From contig CAXXLX010000001.1 in NCBI GenBank assembly GCA_963665235.2, forward strand, positions 3,552,001 through 3,616,000: DNA of 64,000 bases, read 5' to 3'. Shown here piece after piece: positions 10,600 through 21,150 of the stretch. The notes beneath the pieces were generated by a model. It saw only the letters and a program-made list of their open reading frames with translations, did no database searches and was not told the origin of the DNA. Position 1 is the first letter of the stretch. Every line of letters starts with the position of its first letter. The position numbers were made by a program, and so were the translations under genes. Source of the DNA: Candidatus Poribacteria bacterium. GTDB taxonomy: Bacteria > Poribacteria > WGA-4E > WGA-3G.

Positions 10600-10833
10600 T
10601 TAATATGATTTCCGAATTCGGAAGGGTGCTCCAATTGCCTTCATCAACGCGAAATCTAAAAAGGCGGTTGCCTGCTCACGAGAAACAGAAGGGAATCCTT
10701 CAAGAAAGTAATCTAGGCTCTCTCCTGCTTTTAGATGATCGATCAACGCTTGTATTGGAACACGGGTGCCGGTAAACACTGGTACTCCTCCGTGAATGTC
10801 GGGGTCTTGGTTTATCACTTGCTCTAATTTCAT
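10600..10833 (-). CDS. DUF433 family protein (putative antitoxin), no partner toxin seen
   Basis: DPDIHGGVPVFTGTRVPI..L..G.S...FP motif. Confidence 0.85.
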   Translation of the reverse strand: MKLEQVINQDPDIHGGVPVFTGTRVPIQALIDHLKAGESLDYFLEGFPSVSREQATAFLDFALMKAIGAPFRIRKSY

Positions 10834-10886
10834 CGTTGCTTTGTTTACTAAACTTTGGACAATTTTAGAAGTTTCCATTTGCGTTA

Positions 10887-10990
10887 TTTTCTATAAACAT
10901 ATCACCCCTACGGGGTTTAGTCTGGCCGGGGGGTGTTGTTTTCTATAAAGATATCGTCCCTACGGGACTAACTTCTGTAAACATATCGTC
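10887..10990. repeat. Short palindromic repeats (CTATAAACATATCGTCCCTACGGGACTA type)
   Basis: 2-3 local copies; related copies near 25656, 29400 and inside 34920-34980. Confidence 0.65.
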
Positions 10991-10993
10991 TGT

Positions 10994-13651
10994 TTAGCGT
11001 AGTTGCTCTTCGATAATTTGTGCGGTTGCAGCGAGTGCAGCGTCCAGCTTCGCCGGATTTCGGCTGCCGCCTTGTGCTAACTCCGGCCGACCGCCGCCGC
11101 GTCCATCGGCAAGTGCCGTTAGTGCCTTCATGAGTTGCCCCGCATGTAAACCGCGATTGCTAACAAGGTCTGAAGTTACGCCTATGACAAAGGCGACTTC
11201 GTCATTTATCACTGAGGCAAGTACGACAACGCCTGTTTCTAAACGGGCTTTAATCGCATCAACAAGCTGCCGTAAGCTGTCCCGTTCAGTCGCCTCTACC
11301 CGGGAGGCGACAAACTTCACCCCGTTTACAAACGTTGCCTTTTCAGCCAAGGTGCCGATGTTAGAGAGCGCGTGCTGACTTTTCAGCTGTTGCACCTGCT
11401 GTTCCAACTCGCGCTGTTCCTGAACCAGTCGCTCAATCCGTTCTTGCAAATCGGTTTTGGGCGTTTTCAGCAAATTAGCTATATTTCTTAGGTGTCCATC
11501 GTCATCCTGAATCGTTGTTACCGCTGTGCTACCCGTGAAGGCTTCCACACGCCGCACTCCGGCAGCAATACTGCTTTCGCTCATCAATTTAACATACCCG
11601 AGCTCACCCGTCGCTTGAACGTGGGTACCTCCACATAGCTCAACGCTATACTCTCCAGCTTGTACGACTCGGACGATGTCGCCATATTTGTCGCCGAAGA
11701 AAGCTAATGCGCCTTTTGCCTTCGCTTCGTCGAGCGACATTTCGTCGATGACAAGCGTATCATTTTCGCGAACCTTTTCGTTGATAAATTCCTCAATTTC
11801 ACGCAGCTGTTTAGATGAAACCGCTTCGTAGTGTGAAAAGTCGAACCGCAATCTCCCTGCCTGAACGAGTGACCCTGCTTGCCCGACGTGTGTTCCAAGC
11901 ACAGACCGCAAACCGCTATGGAGTAGATGGGTTGCAGTGTGGCTTACAGCGATGGCCTTCCTACGTTCGCTGTCAATTTGTGCCTTTACTTCGGTGTAGG
12001 GTGTAATTTCACCTTCAACGACTTTACACCTATGTACGACAAGCTCAGGAGAAGGTTTCACGGTGTCCAGCACTCTCAATGTTGCGTCAGAACGGACAAG
12101 CGTTCCGACATCACCGACCTGTCCCCCCGATTCTCCGTAGAACGGGGTGCGATTGAGCAACACGGTGACCTCCTCATCTTGTCTTGCTCTGGCAACCGAT
12201 TCTGTGCCTGCGATGAGTGCCACAATCTCCGCTTTTGTGCTATCGTGTGTGTATCCAACAAATTCGGTGCTGCCGCTCTCTTTGAGGACATCAGCATAAA
12301 CTGCAATTTCGGCATCCTTTGCCCCGCTGCCGGTTGATTCCCATGCTGCGCGGCTGCGTTTCCGCTGCTCCGCCATGCTCTCCTCAAAACCGGTTTCGTC
12401 GACAGTGAATCCGCGTTCGCGTGTCAGAAGTTGCGTTAAATCGAGCGGAAACCCGAACGTATCGTATAGTTCAAAGGCGCGTTTTCCATCAAGCGCGGTG
12501 CCACCCTCTGCAGCAATTGTGTCGAACGACTGTTCAAGCATATCCAATCCACGTGCTAACGTTCTATGGAAGCGGTCCTCCTCACTGTGAATAGTGCGGG
12601 TGATGAATTCGCGCCGGGGGTGCACATCGGAGAACACATCGCCGAGCAGTTCAATAACTTTATCGACGAGCCGGTAAATGAAGGGTTCGTTCATCTCCAA
12701 TTTTTTGCCGTAAAGCACAGCACGCCGCAATATCCGTCGGATGACGTAACCTCGCCCCTCATTAGAGGGCATTACGCCGTCCCCGATAGCGAACGTCAAA
12801 CACCGTATATGGTCTGCAATAACCCGGTGCGGAAGTCCACGCAAATCATCAAAATAGTCGGCATCGGTCATATCTGAAATTGTTTCCAGAAGCGGTGTAA
12901 ATAGGTCCGTTTTGTAGTTCGAATCGACTCCTTGCAATATAGCGGTAATTCGTTCGAACCCCATCCCTGTGTCCACGTGTGTAGCGGGGAGAGGTTCGAG
13001 TGCTCCTGTTTGGTCCCGATTGTATTGAATGAACACCAGATTCCAAAATTCAAGAAAACGGTCGCTTGTGTTAGGACCGGCGTTCGGGTCGTTTTCGGTT
13101 TCGGGGTAAGCGTCTACGCCCATGTCGATAAAAAGTTCGCTGCACGGTCCGCAGGGCCCCGTTTCTCCCATTTCCCAGAAGTTATCCTTATCACAGCGGC
13201 GAATTCGAGCGAGAGGGATGTCTGTTTCCTGTAGCCAGAGTTTTTCCGCCTCATCATCTTCAATGTAGACCGTTGCCCAGAGCAGTTCTTTGGGAATTTT
13301 CCACAGTTCGGTGACCAATTCCCATGCAAAGGCGATGGCTTCCTGTTTGTAATAATCGCCGAAGGACCAGTTTCCGAGCATCTCAAAGAAGGTGTGATGG
13401 CTTGGTGAATGTCCCACCTCTTCGAGGTCATTATGCTTGCCGCTGACGCGTAGACATTTCTGTGTATCAACAGCCCGCGTATACTCCCGCTGTCCAATGC
13501 CGAGGAAGACATCCTTGAATTGGTTCATCCCTGCGTTGGTGAACAGTAGCGTTTGGTCACCTGCGGGTATCAAAGATGCACTCGGAACGACGGCGTGTCC
13601 GTGGGTGCGGAAGTATTCTAGGAAACTGGTTCTGATTTCATCTGATGTCAT
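10994..13651 (-). CDS. alaS: Alanine--tRNA ligase
   Basis: TLLFTNAGMNQFK, HHTFFEMLGNWSFGDY, HTATHLL, ELCGGTHV, GGG C-terminus. Confidence 0.99.
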   Translation of the reverse strand: MTSDEIRTSFLEYFRTHGHAVVPSASLIPAGDQTLLFTNAGMNQFKDVFLGIGQREYTRAVDTQKCLRVSGKHNDLEEVGHSPSHHTFFEMLGNWSFGDYYKQEAIAFAWELVTELWKIPKELLWATVYIEDDEAEKLWLQETDIPLARIRRCDKDNFWEMGETGPCGPCSELFIDMGVDAYPETENDPNAGPNTSDRFLEFWNLVFIQYNRDQTGALEPLPATHVDTGMGFERITAILQGVDSNYKTDLFTPLLETISDMTDADYFDDLRGLPHRVIADHIRCLTFAIGDGVMPSNEGRGYVIRRILRRAVLYGKKLEMNEPFIYRLVDKVIELLGDVFSDVHPRREFITRTIHSEEDRFHRTLARGLDMLEQSFDTIAAEGGTALDGKRAFELYDTFGFPLDLTQLLTRERGFTVDETGFEESMAEQRKRSRAAWESTGSGAKDAEIAVYADVLKESGSTEFVGYTHDSTKAEIVALIAGTESVARARQDEEVTVLLNRTPFYGESGGQVGDVGTLVRSDATLRVLDTVKPSPELVVHRCKVVEGEITPYTEVKAQIDSERRKAIAVSHTATHLLHSGLRSVLGTHVGQAGSLVQAGRLRFDFSHYEAVSSKQLREIEEFINEKVRENDTLVIDEMSLDEAKAKGALAFFGDKYGDIVRVVQAGEYSVELCGGTHVQATGELGYVKLMSESSIAAGVRRVEAFTGSTAVTTIQDDDGHLRNIANLLKTPKTDLQERIERLVQEQRELEQQVQQLKSQHALSNIGTLAEKATFVNGVKFVASRVEATERDSLRQLVDAIKARLETGVVVLASVINDEVAFVIGVTSDLVSNRGLHAGQLMKALTALADGRGGGRPELAQGGSRNPAKLDAALAATAQIIEEQLR

Positions 13652-13742
13652 GTTTTAAATTCTCCGCTGTTTCTACTATTTAAATTATAGTGTATTTTGG
13701 ATAAAATGTCAAGGCAAAAATTGGGAGGTTTACCCTGATGCC

Positions 13743-14411
13743 CTAAAAAATCTGTTCAAAGACCTGCTGAATAACTTCGGCTTCAAATCCGCGTCGTGCC
13801 AAAAATCCGTGTAATCGGCGTTTCGCGACATGAGCCGGTAGGTGTTGGTACTGCTTCATGCGTTTCTGTGCAATCTGAAGGGCAAGCCGCGTTTCGTCTT
13901 CAGGTTTCACTTGTGCTAAAACCTGCTCCACGGTTTGGCGGTCGACTCCCTTCTCGAGAAGTTCCCGTTTAAGTACAGTTTTTCCGCGTGGATTCGATTT
14001 TTGTCGGCGGACAATCCACTTCTCAGCATAATTTCGGTCGCGAATATGTCCTGAACGAATCAACTCTTCAACGACTGTACCGATTGCTTCTTCCGAAAAA
14101 CCTTCCTGTGCAAGCTGCCGCTCCATCTCACTTTTGGTATAACGTTTCGGTTTTACCTTGGAACGGGGTGGCACTGCATCGTCATCGCGTGCCTCACGGA
14201 GGAGTCTGAGCGCGTAGTTCTTCGCACGCATCATTGCCTCTACCGCAATTAGCTTTTCAATGACTTCTGGCTCAATCTCTAAACCGACGCGTAATCCAAA
14301 ATTTTCAATGAGGGCAGCATGAATTACAACAAACGGGGCACTATCCAGGAAAAGTTGACGATGTTCGGGCAATTCCGGAACTGCCTGAATATCCGTAATT
14401 TGCCGTTTCAT
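13743..14411 (-). CDS. recX: Regulatory protein RecX
   Basis: ALRLL..LAQEGF..DRNYA..PRG..LKRELLEKGV..FLARRGF; upstream of alaS. Confidence 0.85.
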   Translation of the reverse strand: MKRQITDIQAVPELPEHRQLFLDSAPFVVIHAALIENFGLRVGLEIEPEVIEKLIAVEAMMRAKNYALRLLREARDDDAVPPRSKVKPKRYTKSEMERQLAQEGFSEEAIGTVVEELIRSGHIRDRNYAEKWIVRRQKSNPRGKTVLKRELLEKGVDRQTVEQVLAQVKPEDETRLALQIAQKRMKQYQHLPAHVAKRRLHGFLARRGFEAEVIQQVFEQIF

Positions 14412-14538
14412 GCTTTCTAACCGCCCTTCAAAGAAAAATTAGAGTAGCAGTGGGCGCGAGGTTTAGCGGGAACCCGCATGCCAAAAACCTCGCGCTACAA
14501 TAGCGGAACGTATTCGCCGTAACGAACGGTTAGCGTAT

Positions 14539-15171
14539 CTATTCTCCTCCATTGCGGCCTGCCCAAAGAGCGCCACGTTGTAAAAGAGTCGCGAACATGT
14601 CGTGTTGGCACGCGGCTGGGTCATGCCCAAGGGCGAGATAGAAAACTTTGCCTTGTCCCCAGTTCTTGGTCCACGCGACCGGCATTGCGGAACCCTTCCA
14701 CAAAGCTGACGCTAACACATGGTTCCGTGGGTCGTAATCAAGGATGTACTGTTCATCTTTGACGACAAATTCATCGAGCCCCTGTGTGATTTCGTGTTCG
14801 TTGTCAACAATGCTGACCTGATAATCGCGATACCGGGGGTGCGTAACAAAATAGCCGCCTACCATGGAACGATACTCCGGACATCCGCGGAACGAATCGG
14901 CAGCGGAATGTATGCCGACATAGCCTTTTCCAGAAGCGATATGGTTTAGTAAACCGTTCTTCTGTGCATCCGAAATTTCACCGACCGTATAATAAAAAAC
15001 GATGAGTTCGTACGGGTCCAGGCTTGGCGATACCAATGCGTCTAGGTCATCCTCGACGGTGGTAATCTCAAAATCGTCCTGCTGTGAGAGTGCTTTGACA
15101 ATTTCTTCGCTACACCCTTTCCAGTTATGAATTGCGCCGCCTGCGAAAACAAGCGTATTAATTTTTGCCAT
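14539..15171 (-). CDS. ThuA-like domain protein
   Basis: GKGYVGIHSA, GGYFVTHP, DEQY, GQGKVFYLALGH. Confidence 0.9.
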   Translation of the reverse strand: MAKINTLVFAGGAIHNWKGCSEEIVKALSQQDDFEITTVEDDLDALVSPSLDPYELIVFYYTVGEISDAQKNGLLNHIASGKGYVGIHSAADSFRGCPEYRSMVGGYFVTHPRYRDYQVSIVDNEHEITQGLDEFVVKDEQYILDYDPRNHVLASALWKGSAMPVAWTKNWGQGKVFYLALGHDPAACQHDMFATLLQRGALWAGRNGGE

Positions 15172-15330
15172 TTTTAGCCTCCTTGCTATATGATATTGCT
15201 ATTATATCATGTGGGCATTTAAAGTGCAAGCGCGTTTTTTTCTTGAAAGTCATTTGCATGATGGAGGACGTTGTGATAAAATAGGAATGTTAAACTAAAG
15301 AACTGTAGATTACACAGAAAAGGAGAACGG

Positions 15331-15846
15331 ATGTCCAAAAGAATTGCAATCTTCCCTGCAAGTTTCGACCCTGTTACCAATGGGCACGCTGATCTCATCG
15401 ACCGGATTTGCAACCTTGGTGTCTTCGATCAACTTGTCGTTGCAATCGGTGTGAACCCCGCCAAACCCGCGCGTTTTACCCCCGAAGAGCGTAGACAGAT
15501 GCTTGAAACGGTAATTGAACCGTATCCGCAAGCTGCTATTGATGGATATACCGGGTTGACGGTGCATTACGCACAAGCCCGTGGCGCATGTGCTATCGTC
15601 CGCGGGCTCCGTGAAATCTCCGATTTCGAGTGGGAATTCAAAATGGCACGGATGAACCAGCAAATTGCACCCGATATTGACACCCTCTTTATGATGGCGA
15701 ATACACAGTATGCACATATTAGTTCAACGCTTGTGATGGAGGTTGTGGAGATGGGACAGGGAAAAGTGAGTGAAGAAAAGTTATTGGAGATGGTCCCGCC
15801 GGTTGTGGTCGAATTTATCAAGCGAAAATTTGATGTTTTTGCGTAA
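15331..15846 (+). CDS. coaD: Pantetheine-phosphate adenylyltransferase
   Basis: SFDPVTNGH, IVRGLR..DFEWE, ISSTLV. Confidence 0.96.
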   Translation: MSKRIAIFPASFDPVTNGHADLIDRICNLGVFDQLVVAIGVNPAKPARFTPEERRQMLETVIEPYPQAAIDGYTGLTVHYAQARGACAIVRGLREISDFEWEFKMARMNQQIAPDIDTLFMMANTQYAHISSTLVMEVVEMGQGKVSEEKLLEMVPPVVVEFIKRKFDVFA

Positions 15847-15847
15847 G

Positions 15848-15903
15848 CATTGATGCTAGAGGGGGTGAGGAAGACTTTTTAACCCCCTCCTCCAGCATCA
15901 ATG
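15848..15903. terminator. Long hairpin between convergent genes
   Basis: CATTGATGCT-AGAGGGGGT...ACCCCCTC-AGCATCAATG inverted repeat. Confidence 0.5.
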
Positions 15904-15997
15904 ATGGGTATTGCGAAAATTAGGAATATCGCTCCCCCCTGACTAATAACGCGCACAACGACATGCGGGAGTGTGTCTACTCCCTTAAAATTACTTA

Positions 15998-16957
15998 TTA
16001 GTCATCGTCGTCCTCATCATCGTCGTCGTCCTCATCATCGTCGTCGTCCTCATCATCGTCGTCGTCCTCATCATCGTCGTCGTCCTCATCATCGTCGTCG
16101 TAATCATCATCGTCGTCGTCCTCATCATCGTCGTCGTAATCATCATGATCATCGTCGTAATCATCATCGTCGTCATCGTCATAACGAAGGTTTGGAAAAT
16201 CTGCTGGGTCTTGTTGATTAATCCAATCTCTGAAGAGTTGGATTTGTGCAGTAGTCAATGGTGGTCCGCCCGGCGGCATTCTCCCTGATACGATTTCTTC
16301 GATTATATCACTACTTCGAGCATTGCCCGGCCTGAATATAGCACCCTCATCTCCACCTTTTATGAAAGCTTGGTATGTCCTGAAATCAAGATTGTAGGGG
16401 CCATTGGCATCATGACAACCAGAATAAGCACACCTTGATGTGAGAATAGGTAAAAGGTGTTGGTTAAAGGAAACTGTAGATGGCGGTGTTTGCGGTGTTT
16501 GCGGGTTTTGTGTCGGTGGTGTTCCAGTCGTTGGTTGTTGATTATTAATCCAAACTGTAAACGCTTGAATTTCTGCGTCACTCAACTTAGGCCCACCAAT
16601 CGGCATTCTCCCTGATACAATTTCTTCAATAATATCACTACTTTGCGCATTGCCTGGAGTGAATACCGGTCCTCCATCTCCTCCCTTTATGAAAGCCTGA
16701 TATGTGCTGAAATCAAGGTTTTGCGGTCCGCCAGCGACGTGACACCCCGTATACGCGCACTTTGCTGTGAGAATAGGCAGAAGGTGTTGGTTAAATGAGG
16801 TTTCAGTTCCACCATTTTCCGTAGGTGAAGACTGCACATTTTCGGATGGGGTATTATTATTGGGTAGCAAAAGATTAACGTTCTGAGAATCGCATCCCAA
16901 CAAGCAAAATAGCAATCCGATGGTGAGTAGGAAAGACTTCTGTATGTTTACAATCAT
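15998..16957 (-). CDS. Lipoprotein with two Planctomycete-type cytochrome c domains (CX4CH) and a ~60-aa poly-Asp tail
   Basis: LLGC lipobox; CAYTGCH and CAYSGCH; distal RMP; duplicated domain; D-rich tail. Confidence 0.82.
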   Translation of the reverse strand: MIVNIQKSFLLTIGLLFCLLGCDSQNVNLLLPNNNTPSENVQSSPTENGGTETSFNQHLLPILTAKCAYTGCHVAGGPQNLDFSTYQAFIKGGDGGPVFTPGNAQSSDIIEEIVSGRMPIGGPKLSDAEIQAFTVWINNQQPTTGTPPTQNPQTPQTPPSTVSFNQHLLPILTSRCAYSGCHDANGPYNLDFRTYQAFIKGGDEGAIFRPGNARSSDIIEEIVSGRMPPGGPPLTTAQIQLFRDWINQQDPADFPNLRYDDDDDDDYDDDHDDYDDDDEDDDDDDYDDDDEDDDDDEDDDDDEDDDDDEDDDDDEDDDD

Positions 16958-17036
16958 GATAGATTACCTCTCTAAAGTTAATGTAAAGTATGCGTTGGGG
17001 ACACGATGGAAAACCGCGCCGGCATTGCATATATTG

Positions 17037-19388
17037 CTAGAATCTATTATCCAGACTTAGGCTTATATTGAAGCCTGGGGCGTTCACACCGGAGCCGTGC
17101 GACCGATATCGCCGATCGAGTAGGTTTTCGACGGCTAACATCAAGCGGGTGTAACCGAAGAGATTAATCCCACCGTGCACGTTGAGTGTCCACCATCCGG
17201 GGGTGCCAGCATCTATGGCAGCTCCGTTGGAGTCAAATTTCACTTCGGCTGGGTCGCGTGTTTTTCCCTGTATCCGTGGGTCGCGGATGTCGCTCCGGTT
17301 GAGTCGTCTCTGTGCTGCGGCAGCACGGACAAATAGCGTTGCCCAAAACGGTGTATCTTCGGGCTCCCACTGGACTCCGACAACCCCGTTCAATGGGGGT
17401 TCTCTACGCGTACGTGCTTCCCAAGGGTTCTCCGGATTAGGGGCGACCCCGTTAATTAATAAGACCTCGCCGCGCAGCAAGGCTGCGTTCCCGTAGACCG
17501 AAAAGGCGGAATCGAGCGGAATTAATCCGGATAGTTCAACCCCCTGGAATTGTGCCTGATCGACGTTGTCAAACACGAGTACGTCAATTCCTTCGTATTC
17601 ACTAATCAGGTCTTGATGGAGTTGTGGTATTTCTCCTGCTTCGTACGCCTCTTGTACAGGAATACGTGTAACTAGCCCGTTGACGCGGCTGTGGAATAGG
17701 GTGAGGGTGCCCCGGAAATGGGAGTGTCTCGCCTTAATGCCGCCCTCAATTGTCCATGAGGTTTCCGCTTCAAGGTCCGGACTGGGTGCTGTGACCCCTT
17801 CATTGGTGACCTCTACTGCTGTTGTATCGTTCAAGGAGGGGGCGCGGAAGGCTGTGGCGACACTACTTACAAAGTTCAGCGAATTTGTTAAGCCGATAAC
17901 GAGCCCCGCACTTCCGGTTAAACTGCTGTCAAATTCACTGAATTTATCAAAACTCTTATCTCGGAGGGAGAGGTCTGCCTGGGTTTGATACAACGTTGCA
18001 CGCCCGCCAAGGATGAGTTCAACGCGCTCATGTATCGTAATTTCATCCTGAATGTATAGACTTGCATCCCAGAATCGAGAACCGTTGATGAAACGTCCGA
18101 GGTTTTCGTCGATATCTGCTTTTCCTGTCTCAAGGTCTGTTTTGATGGTCTGACTCTGCAAAATATCTAGGTAAAATTCACCGCCGCTAGTGATGCGTTG
18201 ACGCGGGAGAGCAGTGCTAACGGTTTGTGCACTTAAACCGATAGTGTTTACCGTATCGTATCGGTGTCTACGAGAGGTGGCATCCCGTTTAATCTCATTG
18301 CGTCCCTCTTTTTGTCGGTGATAGGAGGCAGTGAGGCGGAATAGGTCAACGTTGCTGGTTTGAGGATGGAGAAGATAATCGAGGTAGAGGAGGTCTCGGT
18401 TTTGCGGGTCGAAATAGAATTCGTCAAACTCTTGAGGTGCGATTTTATCGTAGCGGGGGGTTTTCGGTTGTCGCCACATCTGATAAGCGACGTTTAGGGT
18501 GCTTGTATCGTTGAGTTGATAGGCGATTTTTGCATCGGCATCGTAGGCACGCCATCCAAGCGGGCCTTGGGTGTCAATAAGCCATTCATCCGGGATTTTA
18601 TCTTTTGACAATCCTCTCACTTCATCAGAGTCATAAAGTTTCACACCGGTTGGGATTTCAGTGACAATTTCAAATTTTCGGTTTTTATAGTGGTGGTCGT
18701 ATCCGTTGCCTGGGTTTATGTCGCCATAGAAGCGCATTCCGCCGCCGACACTGAATCCAAAGTCCCCCCGGTTGGCTGTTATCTCTAATCTACCGAGCCG
18801 TTCCTGGGTGGCAGTTGTGTAGCGTGCAAGGAAGCGTGGCTGGACTTCCCATGTTTCCTGGGATGGGTCAAGCGGTATCGACTTCGTAAAGAAACTGATA
18901 ACGCCTCCTATCGCGCCGCTGCCGTACAACATGGAACTGGAGCCGAGTAGTACCTCTGCTCTGCCTAGCGTTTCCGGGGCAATGGTTGCTGCGTATTGGT
19001 TCGGTCCTGAACGGAAGGTTGAATTATTGAGGCGGACCCAATCGACCTGTATCAATGTCTGGTAGCCTGTTAAACTTCGGAGCATGGGTGAGCCCTGTCC
19101 GACTGTCGTCTGTTGTGCTATAACGCCAACGACGTTGCGAAGTAGGTTGGAGGCGATATCCGCGTTACCCCGTTCAAGCTGCTTTAGATTGAGAACAGTG
19201 ATGCTGCTCGGGGTTTTAAAGATGTCTTTTTCGACACGGATGGCTGTCACTGTTACCGCTGGCAGTTCGAAAACTTTTTCGCTAGATATAATTTCATCGG
19301 CAGTATGACCCTCCGCGCTTGCGTAGTGGCTCCAACTTGCAAATAGTGCTAAACTTATGACCGAAAAAAGATAAATGGCCTTCTGCAT
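17037..19388 (-). CDS. TonB-dependent receptor
   Basis: VTVTA TonB box region, plug domain, AFRAPSL, ENLLDRRY, terminal F. Confidence 0.93.
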   Translation of the reverse strand: MQKAIYLFSVISLALFASWSHYASAEGHTADEIISSEKVFELPAVTVTAIRVEKDIFKTPSSITVLNLKQLERGNADIASNLLRNVVGVIAQQTTVGQGSPMLRSLTGYQTLIQVDWVRLNNSTFRSGPNQYAATIAPETLGRAEVLLGSSSMLYGSGAIGGVISFFTKSIPLDPSQETWEVQPRFLARYTTATQERLGRLEITANRGDFGFSVGGGMRFYGDINPGNGYDHHYKNRKFEIVTEIPTGVKLYDSDEVRGLSKDKIPDEWLIDTQGPLGWRAYDADAKIAYQLNDTSTLNVAYQMWRQPKTPRYDKIAPQEFDEFYFDPQNRDLLYLDYLLHPQTSNVDLFRLTASYHRQKEGRNEIKRDATSRRHRYDTVNTIGLSAQTVSTALPRQRITSGGEFYLDILQSQTIKTDLETGKADIDENLGRFINGSRFWDASLYIQDEITIHERVELILGGRATLYQTQADLSLRDKSFDKFSEFDSSLTGSAGLVIGLTNSLNFVSSVATAFRAPSLNDTTAVEVTNEGVTAPSPDLEAETSWTIEGGIKARHSHFRGTLTLFHSRVNGLVTRIPVQEAYEAGEIPQLHQDLISEYEGIDVLVFDNVDQAQFQGVELSGLIPLDSAFSVYGNAALLRGEVLLINGVAPNPENPWEARTRREPPLNGVVGVQWEPEDTPFWATLFVRAAAAQRRLNRSDIRDPRIQGKTRDPAEVKFDSNGAAIDAGTPGWWTLNVHGGINLFGYTRLMLAVENLLDRRYRSHGSGVNAPGFNISLSLDNRF

Positions 19389-19455
19389 TTTAGATATTCT
19401 CCTCTGAATTTGATTTTACGGCAGGTGTTACTGCGTCATATTTATCTATTCTATA

Positions 19456-19472
19456 TGCAATTTGTGTGCCAA
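19456..19472 (-). promoter_or_regulatory. Sigma54 -24/-12 promoter of TonB receptor operon
   Basis: TGGCAC-ACAAA-TTGCAT on the minus strand. Confidence 0.8.
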
Positions 19473-19736
19473 TAAATTTGTGGGGGAATTGGCAGGTTTT
19501 GCGCGAGATGTGTTCATTTTCTGGACAGTGAGATTCTTGAAATTGGCGATATGATGTCCACGAACCTTTACACTGTCTAATCTCAAGCCCTTATGTCACA
19601 ATTTGAACAACATTGTTCAGATTCTGGACAGCTGCTGTGCATTTTTGTATCCGTTCGCGGGAATGAAATTAATTCCTTGCTTTTTGTTGCATGTCTATGG
19701 TAACCTAAAGAGAAAAAGTTGAATGTGGGAGTATTT

Positions 19737-20738
19737 ATGGTTAAACAGAAATTAAATTTTGGATTTATCGGTTGTGGTGGCAATGCACGCGGTCATGGAC
19801 GTAGTGTTTCTAAGGCTGAGAACGTGGAAATTGTTGCCCTCGCCGATCCGAGTGAAAACGCTCTTAAAGCGTTCAAAGAGAACGTCGGTTTAGACGATTC
19901 AGTCCGGACCTACGCGGACCACGTTGAGATGCTATCGGCTGCGAAACCGGATGCAGTCGTCATTAGCTCACCGCACGGGCTCCATTTTGAGCATATAATG
20001 GCTGCGCTCGATGCTGGTTGTCACGTGCATACCGAAAAACCGATGGTCTGCACGGTGGACCACGCCAAACAGGTCATGGCGAAAGTGGAGGAGACCGGTC
20101 TACACCTGATGATCGGTTATCAACGGCATTTAAGCCCTACCTATCAATACTGCCGACAAGTAGTTCAGAGTGGTGAGCTCGGGCGCGTTAACTTCGTTGC
20201 TGCGCATCAATCGCAGAATTGGTACCGGAATCAGCAGGGAAAATGGCGGCAAGACCCGTTCCTCGGCGGTGGGGGACAACTGAACGACTCCGGTAGCCAT
20301 CTCATAGATATTCTGTTATGGGTGTTGGAAGCTAGCCCGGATACAGTGTTTGCGATGATAGATAACTTGGACATTGAGGTGGATGTGCTCACTGCAATGT
20401 CAATAAAATTTGATACGGGGGCTTTGTGCAACATCAGTATTGTTGGACACGCTCACGGGGGTGTGCAGGAAGATTTTTCTATCTGGATGGAGGACGGCGC
20501 GCTCTTTTTACGCGCCGGGCAGCTGTATCGTCAAGGACAAGGTGGTAAACCTGCCCCCGTTGATAGTGCTGAGCTGCCGAAAGGGGGCAATAAGGATGCC
20601 GCTTTCATTGAACTAATTCGGGGTGAACGGACAGAAAACCCAATCGGGGTGGAAAACGGTCTGCGCGTTATTCAATTGACAGAAGCCGCGTGGCAGTCTG
20701 CTGACCTCGGACGACCTGTTAAGGTTGATTTGAGCTAG
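19737..20738 (+). CDS. Gfo/Idh/MocA family oxidoreductase
   Basis: GFIGCGG, EKPM, GGGQLNDSGSH. Confidence 0.93.
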   Translation: MVKQKLNFGFIGCGGNARGHGRSVSKAENVEIVALADPSENALKAFKENVGLDDSVRTYADHVEMLSAAKPDAVVISSPHGLHFEHIMAALDAGCHVHTEKPMVCTVDHAKQVMAKVEETGLHLMIGYQRHLSPTYQYCRQVVQSGELGRVNFVAAHQSQNWYRNQQGKWRQDPFLGGGGQLNDSGSHLIDILLWVLEASPDTVFAMIDNLDIEVDVLTAMSIKFDTGALCNISIVGHAHGGVQEDFSIWMEDGALFLRAGQLYRQGQGGKPAPVDSAELPKGGNKDAAFIELIRGERTENPIGVENGLRVIQLTEAAWQSADLGRPVKVDLS

Positions 20739-20774
20739 TTTGTCCCTATGAGTGCATAAAGTTTCTGTACTTAT

Positions 20775-20888
20775 CAGGACTTACGCAAATTTAGCAGGAT
20801 GCTTGTAGGGGCGGGGTCTCCCCGCCCGCTAAGTACCCCTCTAAATCCCATTATCTATCGACTTTAGCAACGCGCTGCGTAAGTCCTA
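20775..20888 (+). mobile_element. MITE family B (CAGGACTTACGCA TIR, 114 bp, 5-bp TSD CTTAT)
   Basis: TIRs; CTTAT at 20770-20774 and 20889-20893; internal GTAG REP. Confidence 0.88.
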
Positions 20889-21150
20889 CTTATGTTCCAT
20901 CTTTTTTGTCTGAATGCCCGTCGCATTTGGGCGAGTACGCCGCAAATCGCGGATTAGCGCGGAGAACGCGGAGAACGCGGAGTTTAAGAGACATAGTCTC
21001 TTTAGAACGGGATTGTGAGCTCTTAGGATATCGCGTGCGAAGCACGCTCCTACAGAAGAACGTACGAAAACTTTACACACCTGTCCCTATCTTAAGAATT
21101 TGATAATTTTTAAAATTTGTGGTATATTTTGCAAAACTCTGGAATAGTTA

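Noticed and set aside
15973-16221. His/Arg-rich and Thr/Met-rich ORFs
   Set aside because: Alternate-frame shadows of the poly-Asp tail
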